Assembly (NCBI RefSeq): GCF_020745735.1
Contig: NW_026867551.1
Span: 369,983 to 433,982, forward strand
Direction: 5' to 3'
DNA from: Hemiscyllium ocellatum
Lineage: Eukaryota
DNA length: 64,000 nucleotides
Both the position numbers and the translations under genes were made by a program. Below the pieces are notes generated by a model. That model made no database searches. It was not told where the DNA came from and was given only the letters and a program-made list of their open reading frames with translations. Of this stretch, positions 51,921 through 64,000 are shown piece after piece. Numbering within the stretch: the stretch's first letter is position 1; the number at the start of each line of letters is the position of its first letter.

Positions 51921-53930
51921 ACTTTGACCCTTTATTAAAGGCATATTAGGGATCCTCTTAGCCTTCATAATTCCGTGCTAACTTCCTTCCTAATTTCTCC
52001 ATACTCCTCAAGGGCTCAATCAAATTACGGCTGCATGGACCGATAGTGTGTTTCATTTTCTTCCTTTTGGCTAAACCAACAATTTCCCTCGCCATTGCTA
52101 TCCTTCAGTTTTACAGGCACAGATGTATCCCACACTTTAACCGACTGTCTTTAAAAGCCACCCACATGCCAGCCCTTGATTTGCATTCAAATAACTGCTC
52201 CCAATCCACTTTTCCCAGTTCTTATCGAATTTGAAAGTAATTGCGCCTTGACAAATAAGTCACTTTTGAAATGCTATCGAGTTGTAAACTCACCCTTTCT
52301 GGGTTGAATCTCATTTCCCCCAGGTCTTTTCATTTGAGCAATCGATTGGTATTCTCGAGCAGTGTCCTGCTATCAACTTACGTAGTTGTCACAAAAATAT
52401 TTTCCTGTTATCAACACCTTTCTTTTGTCTTACCTCCTATATTTAATTACCAAGAAACAACAATGGACACAGCACGAAAATGAAGAAATCTCTGTCTGTT
52501 GAGGAAGGTAAATGACAACCTTTAAAAATGTCTTGGACGACCACTTGAAGTGACATAACTTTCAACATTAACAGTTAAGAGCGGGGAATCAGAATTTACA
52601 GGTGTTTGGTTATTTTTATTGGTACATATTCGATTGTCCAAAGGGTCTTTTAAGCACTGTAAGATTCTGTCATTCTATGGCACAGATTAGCTGGAACGGA
52701 GATTTGATAGTTTCAGTGAGTGAGCGAGAAAGAAGTAGTTTGTGCCATGTAACCTAGACAAATGTAAGACTTTGTTCATTCGTGCCAGTCTTGAATGGTT
52801 TTCAGTGCACTGTTAGATTTTTAGACGGTCACCAAGTTCTAAATCTCGATGAAGCACCACACATTCATATTTATCTGTCTCAACGTTTTTTTTATTATTC
52901 TATTCAAAGTATTTAAAAACCTCAGATCACTTAAATTCACCCTGCGTTTGTGTTATTACATTCCATCGCCTTTGAACCCCTGCTTTCCCGCGTACATTCT
53001 GGTGAATCAACGTTGCATTCAAATGAACACCGATTGCCAATTCCCACTCTTAATTCCCTTTTCTGATTTAAAATTCAATGACAATACTTGGCTAACATCA
53101 CCCCCTGTTTGCAGATTAAAAGATGTTTCACAGTTTGCGCCGATCCCAGCTTCCTGCTGATGAACTCCAGCTGGAAAGGAGCCAATCCTTTTGCAAAGTT
53201 AGACTGAGAAAGTGCAATATCAACGAAATATTTCAATGTGAAACTGAATGCGGTAATGGAGAAGGCATCTGCTTCGGACTACAATTCTATTAGCGGTCGA
53301 GAAGGATAAATGTGTAAAAAGATGATTTCATTGATTCGACCTTGCATTGCTGAATTGACCGTTTGTTTGCAGAATATGGCTAACTGAGCTGCAAGGGATA
53401 CACAAGTTTCGATCGATGAAGATAGAAATTGCAAAATCTCTTTAAACTCACTACCCTTAAATGATGGAGTGTTTCGGCAGCGCCTCACTTGCAATCCAAA
53501 TTTGTAATCGACAAAGTAATAGTAACTTACACAATATGCCATGTTATGTTTACCGCTCAATTTCTGTCATATAGATATTTTTTCAGTACCTGTCAGAGTT
53601 TTAAACCGAAAGCAAGAAGATAAAACTGTTGTATCTTCACGTATTGTGCTGGGAAAAATAAATCAAAATGATCAGCAAATTTTAAATCAAATGTTCTGTA
53701 CCCTACAAATTTGATTTCGTCGTTTGTTGATATTCGTGAGTACGTGAGCATTCATGTTCGAGAGTGAGTATGACTGTGAGTAAATATATGCGATTGTGAG
53801 CGAGTGAGAGGTTGTGGTTTAGTTGATTTGAGTGAATGTGTTTGAATGTTTGTAAAATGAATCTGTATAATTGTGTAATTCTGTCAGTTCGTGAGTTTCT
53901 AATGCCCTATAAGTGAACGCCTCTTTGAGA

Positions 53931-53931
<1 letters not shown>

Positions 53932-53966
<35 letters not shown>

Positions 53967-53983
53967 GTGTGTGTGTGTGTGTG
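53932..53983 (+). repeat. (GT)n microsatellite
   Basis: About 25 GT units with one GC interruption. Confidence 0.95.
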
Positions 53984-55325
53984 CAAGCTTGTGTGAGTGA
54001 CTGCATCGTTGCCAAAGCATGACAGTGCGTTTGCTCATGTGGGTGTGTGTGCATGAGAGACGGAATGAGTATGTATGTTAGGCTACGTATTTCTATGTCT
54101 ATGTCCGTGAAGGATAAAACTCCTAAGGAGTTCATCGAAACGAAAAATTAACCTGAGAGGGAGTAACAACACTTTCTCATGACTGTGAAAAAAATCTCGT
54201 GGCCATGATTGGTCATGCAATGTTTGTCCTCCAAATTATTGACTTACCGTCATGTTGCACTTCTGGTATCATAAACCTGAAGGACCACAACAATGAATAA
54301 ATTTCCACCATCTTGAACAGAAGTGTTCTGTTCCTTTTCTTTATTCTTCCCACAACATGAATCACCTTTCACCACATTATATTCCAACTGTAGTTCTTAA
54401 TTATTAACTACTATGATGTAGATGGAAAAGAAAGTGATATGATGGGATGTAGCCAGCTCATTTATATTCAATACTTTCATATTGTTATGTTATAATATCT
54501 AGCGAGAAAACTGCCTTCCATCATAAACAAAAACTCACGAGGACTGCAAATATAGATTGGAAATGGAGTGTGATTTTAATATGTCAATCAGTTAGCTTGA
54601 AATTCCTTGCTATATTTGGACAGCCATGCATATTATTTTGCACAGGGCAAATATTAAACCAAGAATTTTCGAAGAACAACAAACGAGGTAATTGTGGCGA
54701 AAGCAGATGAGTGCCAGTGAGCAGTCCTCCTGGTGAGCAAATTGTGCTGGGTGGTTCCCTTGATGACCCTGCATACCTTTTTTTGACAAATTAGAACTAA
54801 CTGTTGAAGCGTTATTAATTGTTTTTGACAGTATTAAAAAATGACCTGTGATATTTGGGCATAGCTATCTGACCATAATTGACCGAAAATGCCAGGAGGG
54901 AGGGAATTGCCTGCATGACGGGCAGGGAAAAACTGGTTTTCATAAGCAAATAGATGCCAGCGTTGTAGTTGGATCATAGAAGCTTTGTTTTAGACACGTC
55001 AGGTTTTGGAGAACACTACCACAGGGACAATACTTTTTGGCTCATTTCCTTTGTGAAGCTATTGTGTTCAGATGGCACGTGACGTGAATGAACTTGACTA
55101 AGTACTGGATGGGCATATTATAAAATCATGATATTATGTTTTTACATATGTGCATTTTTATGATCTTCCCGGATGGCCTATTAGCATTTGTTATATTTAG
55201 TGAACACTGGCTTATTTTCGAAGCATTGGATGAAAATCAAATTGATCTGAGTATATTCATTGAACAGTTGTAAATAGTGTTCGTGATGATGTAACTTGAG
55301 TTTGCCAGAGGAGACTTCTTGCTTG

Positions 55326-55332
55326 TATATAT
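55326..55332 (+). promoter_or_regulatory. TATA-like element (TATATAT) upstream of the + strand GPCR exon 1
   Basis: About 65 nt upstream of ATG 55398, similar to the spacing at the - strand genes. Confidence 0.3.
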
Positions 55333-55397
55333 GGACGATGGCTTCCACTGCCTCAGCAGTACATCAGCTGTGACAAGATTTCGTACTATTACAGAAA

Positions 55398-56720
55398 ATG
55401 GGAAAACCAACACTTATTTTGATTAAAGAATTGTATTATTCGATTGTGGGAGCCATCGGTGTGCCTGGTGATTTAGTTTATTTTGCATTCTTAACATGTA
55501 TAAATTGACTCTCTTCTTCAATGCTCTAAGTACAGAATAAGATAATACATTTGTGCAAAGTCGCAAATACCAGATGCAAAAATAGACAATACTGGAAAGA
55601 TGCTGCCAGCATTCGTGAAGAGAACAATTAACTTCATGTGACTGATGTATTGACTCTTTGCAACAATTTCGGTTTTCTTTTCAGATTTCCACTTTATTCG
55701 GGTATTTATGTTTTATTTGAGCTGTTATTATTGTTTGCTTAATTTGGCCATCCCTTGCTTTTCAGTTGACTTGTAATTGAATCAGACTGAGTTTTAGTAG
55801 AATAATTGGAGTGCATTACTTATCACGCAGTTCCTTTCTGAAGAGTCTGGTTTATAACAGATTCGTGGGAGGTGTGTTTCATAGACTATTGTTTTGAAAG
55901 TAATCCTCTTCATATACAGTATTTTGTATTCATCTGATTGCGGGCATATTTTCTGTACAGTTAAATCCATTAAAATTTTCCACAGGCGAAGGAACATTAC
56001 CAACTGTTTTGAATTTTTATAGCGAACCTGCTGACAATTGCGATTCTTTTCCGAGGAAAATGCGCTCCTTCCAAGTGTATCTCTGTCTACATGATGGCCA
56101 TGGCAACGGAAGATCGACTGGTCGTGCTGAATAATGAATTAATATACTATATTTTCAGTCACTACTTTCCAACTTCATTCCTATTGCAGACCTCGGTTTG
56201 TTACTCTGTTTTCATGACGGGACTTACTCTTGAATGCTCTGTTTGGTTCACTTGACTTTCGACCGATTTGTGGTGATCTGCTGCGGAAAGTTTAAGACAA
56301 AGAACGGCAGTCGTGTTTGTTACAATTCTCACTCTCCTTGTCGTTTTGAGAGACGCCCCAATTTCGCTTTCATTTGTTCCTGAGATGACAATTAACAAAG
56401 TACAGTGGGGGTGTCGGGCAAAGGCATCTTACTTCTCCTCAGATTTTGGTGAAGCATTTGTCTGGTTTCACAACGCACCCCTCATTTGGTTCCACTTCAT
56501 TTTGATTACCACGTTTAACTCTTTAACTTTCAGAAATATTGTATTGAGCAGTTGATCCAGAAGAAGTTTTTACAGTCATAACAGTGAGAATCAGAGCAAT
56601 GCTGACATGCAGAACCGAAAGAAATCCGTCATCCTGCACTTCGCTATTTCAAGCAGCTTTATATTGTTGTGGATGACACATGATTTGACAATGGTAACGA
56701 AAAAACTGACAAACAACACT
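55398..56720 (+). pseudogene. Divergent GPR139-like GPCR pseudogene, 3'-truncated (exon 1 55398-55467; exon 2 from 56023)
   Basis: Exon 1 MGKPTLILIKELYYSIVGAIGVP G|gtgatt; acceptor tttttatag|CG AAC CTG. Then ANLLTIAILFRGKC..MAMATED..SVWFT, frameshift near 56250, LTFDRFVVICC, small deletion near 56300, QWGC, TGA at 56553-56555, NRKKSVILHFAISSSFILLW. Homology ends near 56720, before TM7. Confidence 0.88.
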
Positions 56721-57040
56721 TTGATTGTTGTGTTGACAATGATTGGAAGTGCAGGGAATGTAAGTAATTGAAATAGGAGGGCTGATAAAGATTTTAATGA
56801 ACACGAATGCAGCGTTGTCCTCACTCCTGGCGACAACTGTCAAAACTTTATTGCATGTATCGTTGAAAAATAAAGTCCCCAAAGGACGCATTTTTGCTTT
56901 CAATTGAAGAACAGCCGCATCATTCATTAGGGCAAAATATCATTTCATTGGGGAAGTTCAGAGAAATTCCAGAGGGTGATCCCTGTTGAGGAACTATTAT
57001 CTTTTCAGCAAAACAAAAACAGCTTGAAACGTTCCACATT

Positions 57041-57933
57041 ACAGATCTACTGGTCATGCTCAATAATGGATTAATACACGATATTTTCAGTTACCACTTA
57101 TCAACCTCATTCCTCTCGCAAACCTCTGTTTGTAAATCCATTATATACATGACTAGAATTACTCATGATTATTCCATTTGTTTCACAGTTTCCTTAACTT
57201 TTGATCGATGTGTGGTGATCTGCTGCCGAAAGTTTAAGATGAGGTACTGCAGTGAAAGAATACCGTCGTGGTTATTAAAATTATCATTCTTCTCGTCTTT
57301 TTGAAAGACGTCCCAATTTTGCTTGCATTTTATCCTGAGATAGCAATTAATAAAATAGAGTGGGGATGCCAGGCAAATGCATTTTTCTTCTCCTCAGATT
57401 TTGGTGCATCTTCTGTTTTTTTTTCACTGAGCTTCCCTCATTTGGTTCCCTTTCATTTTGATTACAACGTTTAACTCTTAAAGATTGTATTGAGCAATCG
57501 AGCCAGAAGAAGAATTCAAAGACGTAGCAGTGAAAATAAGAGCGATGCCGAGATGCAGAACTGAAAGAACTCCATCAACTTCCTCTTCGCTATTTCAAGC
57601 AGTTTGTATTTGTTATGGTTGATACATGCCGTGACATTAGTATCAACCAAACTGAGAAACATCATTTATTACCGAGGCGATCGCACAGACCCAGGACACA
57701 TCGCCAGTGAAGTGACAGCTCTCCTGAGATATTTTAGCTCTTCTCTGAACTTGTGGATTTATGCAGCGACCCAAAATGCATTCTGTGGACAAGTGAAAAA
57801 TTCATTACTGCTGCCCCGTACGTTGTTTGTCAGATTTATTAGAAAATCAGGACAAAAAGACACGAAAATATGTAAATCAACTTCGTCTTTTAAAAATAGC
57901 TTAAATTTTAAGGCATTTCCGTTATTGAAGTGA
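57041..57933 (+). pseudogene. Second divergent GPR139-like pseudogene, 5'-truncated (TM2 to C-terminus)
   Basis: TDLLVMLNNGLIHDIF..FTVSLTFDRCVVICCRKFK..IEWGC..FAISSSLYLLW..SSSLNLWIYAATQNAF. Frameshifts near 57262 and 57420, TGA at 57562-57564. Closely similar to 56110-56720. Confidence 0.88.
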
Positions 57934-58299
57934 CTTCTTCACAGTATGGTCATTCAGAACGCGATTTTGTGGATGTTTCTCGTAATGTACAGATTCACTT
58001 TGTTCCTGAATTAATTTTACATATGAGGCAGGATGCCATGTGGACAGAGTCAGGCAATTAAGACCTGCAGCGATAGATAGGGTGCAGGCAGCAGCAAAAC
58101 AAAAACCTCGAGTTAGAAAAGACATTGTCCTGGCAGCGTAGGCAGAACTGGGATTCAAATGAATTTGCGTAATATTAGTAGAAATAATATATGAAGCAAC
58201 AACTGAAACTAGCAAGGGGCGGTGCTGAACGCAGATTATAGTGTCGCGAAGGATTGGTGAGTTAGTGGTGGTTAGCAGTGCGGGAAATGTGAGCAAGAA

Positions 58300-61200
58300 A
58301 TGTCGGAGTATGGATTAAAGATTCAAATGAAAATGTGTATCATGTTTTCCGCTATCTTGGTGAAAATCGAGGAAGTTCCATGACTCTTCTATTGGGAAAA
58401 AATGTTTCCAGAGGAGAGAGTGGTGCACTGGTGCTTTCGATGGACGACTACCATGATCAACTTTGACTGAAATATACCATTTCATTGGCACATTTCAGAT
58501 AAATTCACTGGGGATATCTCTGGTATGGAGGCATTGTCTTGTGAGCAAATTCGAAACAGATTGAGACATTAGTCTCTGGAGTTTACAAAATGTGAGGTTA
58601 TTTCAATGAAACAGTATGTATTAAAAAGTGATTTCACAATGTAAATGTTCAGGGTATTTTCCAGTACCTTGGAAAGTCAAAGACAGCATCTGAGAACAAT
58701 GGCGTGATAATTTAAGACTGAGCTGAGGAGGGATTTCTTCTCTCAAATATGAGCCTCTGATTTAATTTGATTTGAATTATTGTCACGGGTACCGAAGTAC
58801 AGTGAAAGCTTTGCAGGCAGATCATTTGAAACAAGGACACGGAGATCAAAGATGAGAAAAGAACTTCGGCAGAGGAAGACGTGCAGGTTGTACTACACAG
58901 GACGTGCGTGAAGCAAAGTAAAGTTGAACAAGATCAATATGAATTGAATTTAGAAAGTTTTTTCGTCAGTGTAATAACGGCAGGGAAGGAGCATATCTTG
59001 AATATACCAATGCGTGTGTTCAAATCTGAATCTCCATAGCATACAGAGATAGGAGAGGGGTGATTTCCTTGAATGTTACTTGCAGTGTGATACATGGACT
59101 TCCGATCATTCGTGAAGCCGTGCTTAATAGCAGAAATCAGGCAAGAGGCCATGAGGAATTTTAGCCGATTGAATGTAAAGGCTAGCTGAAAAAACTGAAC
59201 AAACTCCCCTCAATCGTCTATCTTATGATCTTCTAAATTACTAATGTTCTGCGGTTATGTGTTTGAACCTCACCACGCAACATGCCAAAATTTGAGCACA
59301 ATAAATGCATGGAAAGAAATGCTGACATCAATAAATATAAATTTGCAACATATCTCTTTGTTCCAATTTGAACGGTTAATCATCATATCGGATCGAATAG
59401 CAGTTGTGCTCCGGTGCTACATGTTGTAGTATCCTGACTTGTCATCGATCTTCTTCCAGAGTGTCCATTGATGTTCTACCCATATCCATCACATTTTGTC
59501 CAACGCTTCTGTCCACATCTGTCCTGCCTATATCCTCTTCAAGGATGCCTAATTTCAAATGTGAGTAATAATAGAACTTTCTTGGTAATCCTTTGTCTAA
59601 GTTTACTCAATTTTTCTTGTCAATGTGGGTTGAGGTTCGTTTTACTCCCTCATCGGCCATGGTTGAGAATCGTGTCAGATACCTTGATCTTTGCAAATAC
59701 TTGTTGCGAGGCGAGCACCATCCGTACTTACTCCAAATCAAATGGCAGGCATAAAGTGAAGCGGAAGTCTCATGAGGCAGTGTAATCATGCAGATTCATT
59801 TGATGTTTCTGTGGTTGATTCCCATCATCGTCCATTTTACCGATATACAGTTTAAGCGAAATGTTTGTTTTGTAGTTTGGGAATTTGGGTTCAAAGTTAA
59901 ATTCCAGAACACATACTTGCACGAAATTAAATTTTCATTATCTTAAGTGTCCTGCTCCGTGGATTTGGGATTATAACTATGCTTATCGTTCTGCTAAAAC
60001 CCAACAAGAGATATTCAATATGAATTATTATTCATACGTTTTGCATTTATGCTTATTTTGTATTTTCGAAAAATGTTCTTTTCTTTCATAAGCAAATCCT
60101 TTCCTTCTACAACAGGACCCTGGGCTTATCAAACATCTTCGTAGTTATCCAATAAATAAATGTTACTGGTTTCAATTGAGAACTGTCATTTCGACCTTTA
60201 TTCTGGCTTTCAATGGAAAATCATCAAGATTCCCCTTAATCTAAGTTGTTTGTGTCAGTTGCATGTTACGAATTCAGTCAAATGCCACGCTCTGTGGATC
60301 CGGTCGAGTTTGTGTCACACCTGTCCTGCTGTCCATAGTTCACATGTGTGACATAATTGCTCTTGCTGAAACTTCACGGTATCCATTCGATTGATAGCTA
60401 TGGTGTGTGTTTCCATCACAGATACCCAGCTGATCTGTACCTCTATTGCTTTCTAACCCAGCACACATGATTTTTTTTGAACTTACCCTGCTCACACCGT
60501 TTCACCTTCCATTTTTGTTAAGAGCAGTTCCATGCTTTTATTTACAAAGTGTTTATCTAAGGAATGAACTATCAGCGTTCCTGGCTTAACTCCTGATACA
60601 ATTGTGTTAGATATCTCACTCTTGTTCCCGTGGAACCTTTGTTACTCAGATGGCCCTGTGCCAAATGTATCTTTGTGGAGTACAACGTTTGTTAACATCT
60701 GATTCACATCGAGTTGAAATTGCCACGCAATTCTACAGCCTTCAAATGGAGGAGATATCAGCATACTTCACATTATTGTACAGTATCTCCACCTTGATCA
60801 GCAAGACAATTTTATTAACCAATCTCTCTTTTCATTGTAATTCTGTAGGGGTTGGAAGACGAAAGAGACCATGTGACATGCACGTGGTATGGACAAAATC
60901 ACACATACTTTCGTAATATTTACGCCCACATATCAGGATAATATGCCACATACTGCTACCTTCGTCATTGCTAATTCAACACTTCGTTGTCGCAGGCACA
61001 AATAGCCCTTTCAGAAACGTGGATGTAGGCTATTGCACACTCATTATGCCTGTACTCAGATACACTGCGAGCCATGCATTCAAAAGCTTTCGCCATTACT
61101 CTTGCTTTTGACTGCTGGGATGAATGCCAAATTCCATGCATTGTATATTACCCCATCATCTACAAAACTGCTTATGTCCCGTTTGATAAGCAAATGTACT

Positions 61201-63700
61201 TCTTCATTCGTTCTTTCCACCAACTATTCTCCGAGCCCTTATACTAACAACACACTCCACAGTTGTTGTGGCCATAGAGTCATGGAATCATGGAGTCACA
61301 CAGCATGGTAAGAGTTCTTTTGGCCCAAGCTGCTCCATGTGCATCAAAATATCCTTCTACGCTTTCCCAATTTCCCGGAATTTGGTCTATATCCTTCTAA
61401 TGCCTTTCTATCCATGTATTTGCACAAATTACTTCTAAATGTTCTCAATGTTCACATCAATCACTTCTACTGTGAGCTCAGTCCATATGCGTACCATCTC
61501 TGTTGAAAAAAAAAGTTTGCTCTCAGGTTCCCTTTTATTCTCACCACTCTAAACTTAGACTCATACGCTCCAGTTCGAAATTTTGCAATCCTCAACAAGG
61601 ACTTGAATGTATTCACCCTATTCGTTATGAAGTTCAGCTCCGTCGTCAGTCTTCCATATTCTATAAAAGACTCCTGGGTTGTCCAAACACTGCCTCCAAC
61701 ACAGACCATTGTGTCCACTCAACATCCTTTTAAAACTCTTCTGCTCCCTTTGCAACTTAATAGCATCGTTGCTGGAACGAGACGTTCACAACTGAAAACA
61801 ATATTCCATCTGCAATCTCACCAGCATCCGATATAAATGTCAGACAACATCCCAACTTGTCCCCTTAAAGCCCTCATTGATGAATGCCATTGTGCCGAAA
61901 GCTTCTTCAATGCGATGTTTCCCTGTGATTTTATTCACAGAGCCCTTTCCCTCTAATGTCTGTTCCTGACGGGACTCCAATTAAGGAATGGATCTGCCAG
62001 GCAACTCACATGAGTCATGATTTGGATTTTGAAAGTGGAATTTTGATTATTTTATATATATTAATTCGATGAAGTTAAATGAAATGTGGACTAATTGGAT
62101 TTTGATCATCTTCTGGGTCTAGCATAGCCACTGACTCCCTTCCTCCATAAACCCCATGAAAGATTGTTCCACGACAAAAGTCCTCACTGTTTGGAAGTTA
62201 TGCAGTTAATTCGAATGACGATATGGTTGGTGGAGAGTAAAGAGCATCATTTTTTGCGTGACGAGCTGGGACGGGTGATGTGATAAGAAGGTGGCTGATA
62301 AAGCTGCTGTCATTCACAATTGACTTCAATGACTTAAACAAATGCAGCAAGTGTTAGGTCTCCAGGTACACTAAGAAGAACGCATTGGGCGGGACATAAA
62401 ATGAAGGAGAAGGCTCAAGAGTCTGCATACACATGGGCATGTTCATGAATGGGCAATCAATTTGCAGATGGAATATATGGTATGGAAATGTAAGTCACGT
62501 TAGTCGTAAAAGTAGGAAGGAAGAATTTTGCTGTTTTAACTTTTGAAAAATCACAAAATCTTAGCGCATCAGATTGAAGGATTAGCTCCGTAAGAGGAGT
62601 GAATTTTTGTTCCCAGCAGCGATTTACAAACGATCTCAGTGAAAATGCATGACCTTCGGTCACTGCTCAGTCCACATTCCAGACGCAGTGATATTATTTC
62701 TCTGTGAGGGCAGTTTTTTGACTGGATACTATGACAATACAACATGAGTATACTAACTATAATAGGATTTGCTATATCCAATCATATAATATGCTGAGCT
62801 GCCCGTATTATGTAAATTATGTTCAGAATACTGGGGGATGAAACATAATGTGATTCGGAGTTGTCGGAACAAAATAAACCCCGCAGATTTTTTCGGAGAT
62901 GATGAGAAATAATTGAGCATTAAAATCCGGGGATTAGAATGTCCTTGTGCAAAGATCAGCAATTAAGATTACCACACTGCCAACGAGGAAGGCAGATAAT
63001 ATTTTGCCGGTGACTGCCAGGAAAGTGTTACGAATGTAAGTGAGTCTCGAAGGAGAATGACACTGCATCAAATGTTCCTATTGTCTGATATGATTTGTGC
63101 CATTTGGAGTTTGCCTGACACGTACAGTCCAACCGTCACACAAAGGTACAGGCACATACTAACTCGACTTCTCACAATCAAGTTCTCACTTAAGTGCACA
63201 CAGATGATCTCACACAAAAGGGCTTTCATTTACAAACATATCCACACATGCACTCACACACGATCACTCAAGCATGCACTTTCACACAAGGTGCTAGGGA
63301 ATTTTAAACGTCATACCGATTCACTGATGAGTTTGGAATATTTAAACTTGTGATATTACTTCACAAAATATTACATGAAGAGTCATCTGAGATATCATTT
63401 TAACCTTGAATTAGGAATGGTAATTTGCCCCAATGATGTCTGTCCAATTCTGCCATTTCCCCCCAAGATGTATGCGTGTGAGCTCTCAACAAAAAAAATG
63501 TCTTAACGATTTCCTTATTTTCAATGCAAAATAAAGAAACTGGTCCTGAATCTCGGTTGATTTTTGAAAGAGACAGTCTTAGATGGATGGCGCTTTCGTG
63601 CTGTTCCAGTAGTGGAAACATTTTTAAAACACGTTCACCATTATAAGTATCTTAAGTAATTGAGAAAAAAACACTGTCAGTTCATTCTTCATCTTTCTCT
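58300..63700. mobile_element. Patchwork of old CR1-type fragments (~58480-58750 +, ~61270-61930 -, ~62200-63050 +, ~63360-63700)
   Basis: For example FRVVRIKGNLRANFFFQQRW (- strand) and the tail catagagtcatggaatc at 61273. Individual boundaries not resolved. Confidence 0.55.
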
Positions 63701-64000
63701 CGTTCAGCAAATTAGGATGCTGTTTAAAATCTTCAATAATAAATTATTTTTTGGCTACAGTGTCCTGATTCTGACTCCTTTAAAATCTTGGTTGGAAAAA
63801 GGACACGCAGTAAATTTGGACAAGGTGTAAAGCTCTGAAAATATGCTAATGCACTTGGCATAGTTAAGATCACCACTGCATGTTAATTGAGCCAGTATTG
63901 TCTTCTATCTGATCATAACGGTCTTACTACCATGCGAGAGGACCTAACTGAGTTTCTACCTTGAAAATATTCCTCATGCTTATTTCAGACTTATCGAAGT

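Overview
Vertebrate genomic DNA, almost certainly a cartilaginous fish (inferred from HE1-type tRNA-derived SINEs, shark-type CR1 LINEs and Penelope-derived repeats). The genic content is a cluster of two-exon class A GPCRs most like the GPR139/GPR142 group: one intact gene (- strand, exon 1 36635-36566, exon 2 35058-34148, 326 aa), one full-length pseudogene (- strand, 17323-14828) and two decayed, complementary-truncated copies of a divergent subfamily (+ strand, 55398-57933). The three exon 1 copies found are each 70 nt and are followed by a phase-1 intron at the same G(V/E)P|A position. The left 37 kb is an old tandem triplication of an 11-15 kb unit; the first unit appears to have lost its receptor. 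The rest is repeats: two long CR1 LINEs and many fragments, a Gmr1-order Ty3/gypsy remnant, Penelope, Rex1/Babar and Tx1-like fragments, SINEs, degenerate 54-bp and ~32-bp minisatellites, and short Penelope-derived elements carrying hammerhead-ribozyme-like cores, some as long palindromes. No rRNA, true tRNA or CRISPR is seen. Family assignments come from motif recognition by eye, not database searches, and repeat boundaries are approximate.
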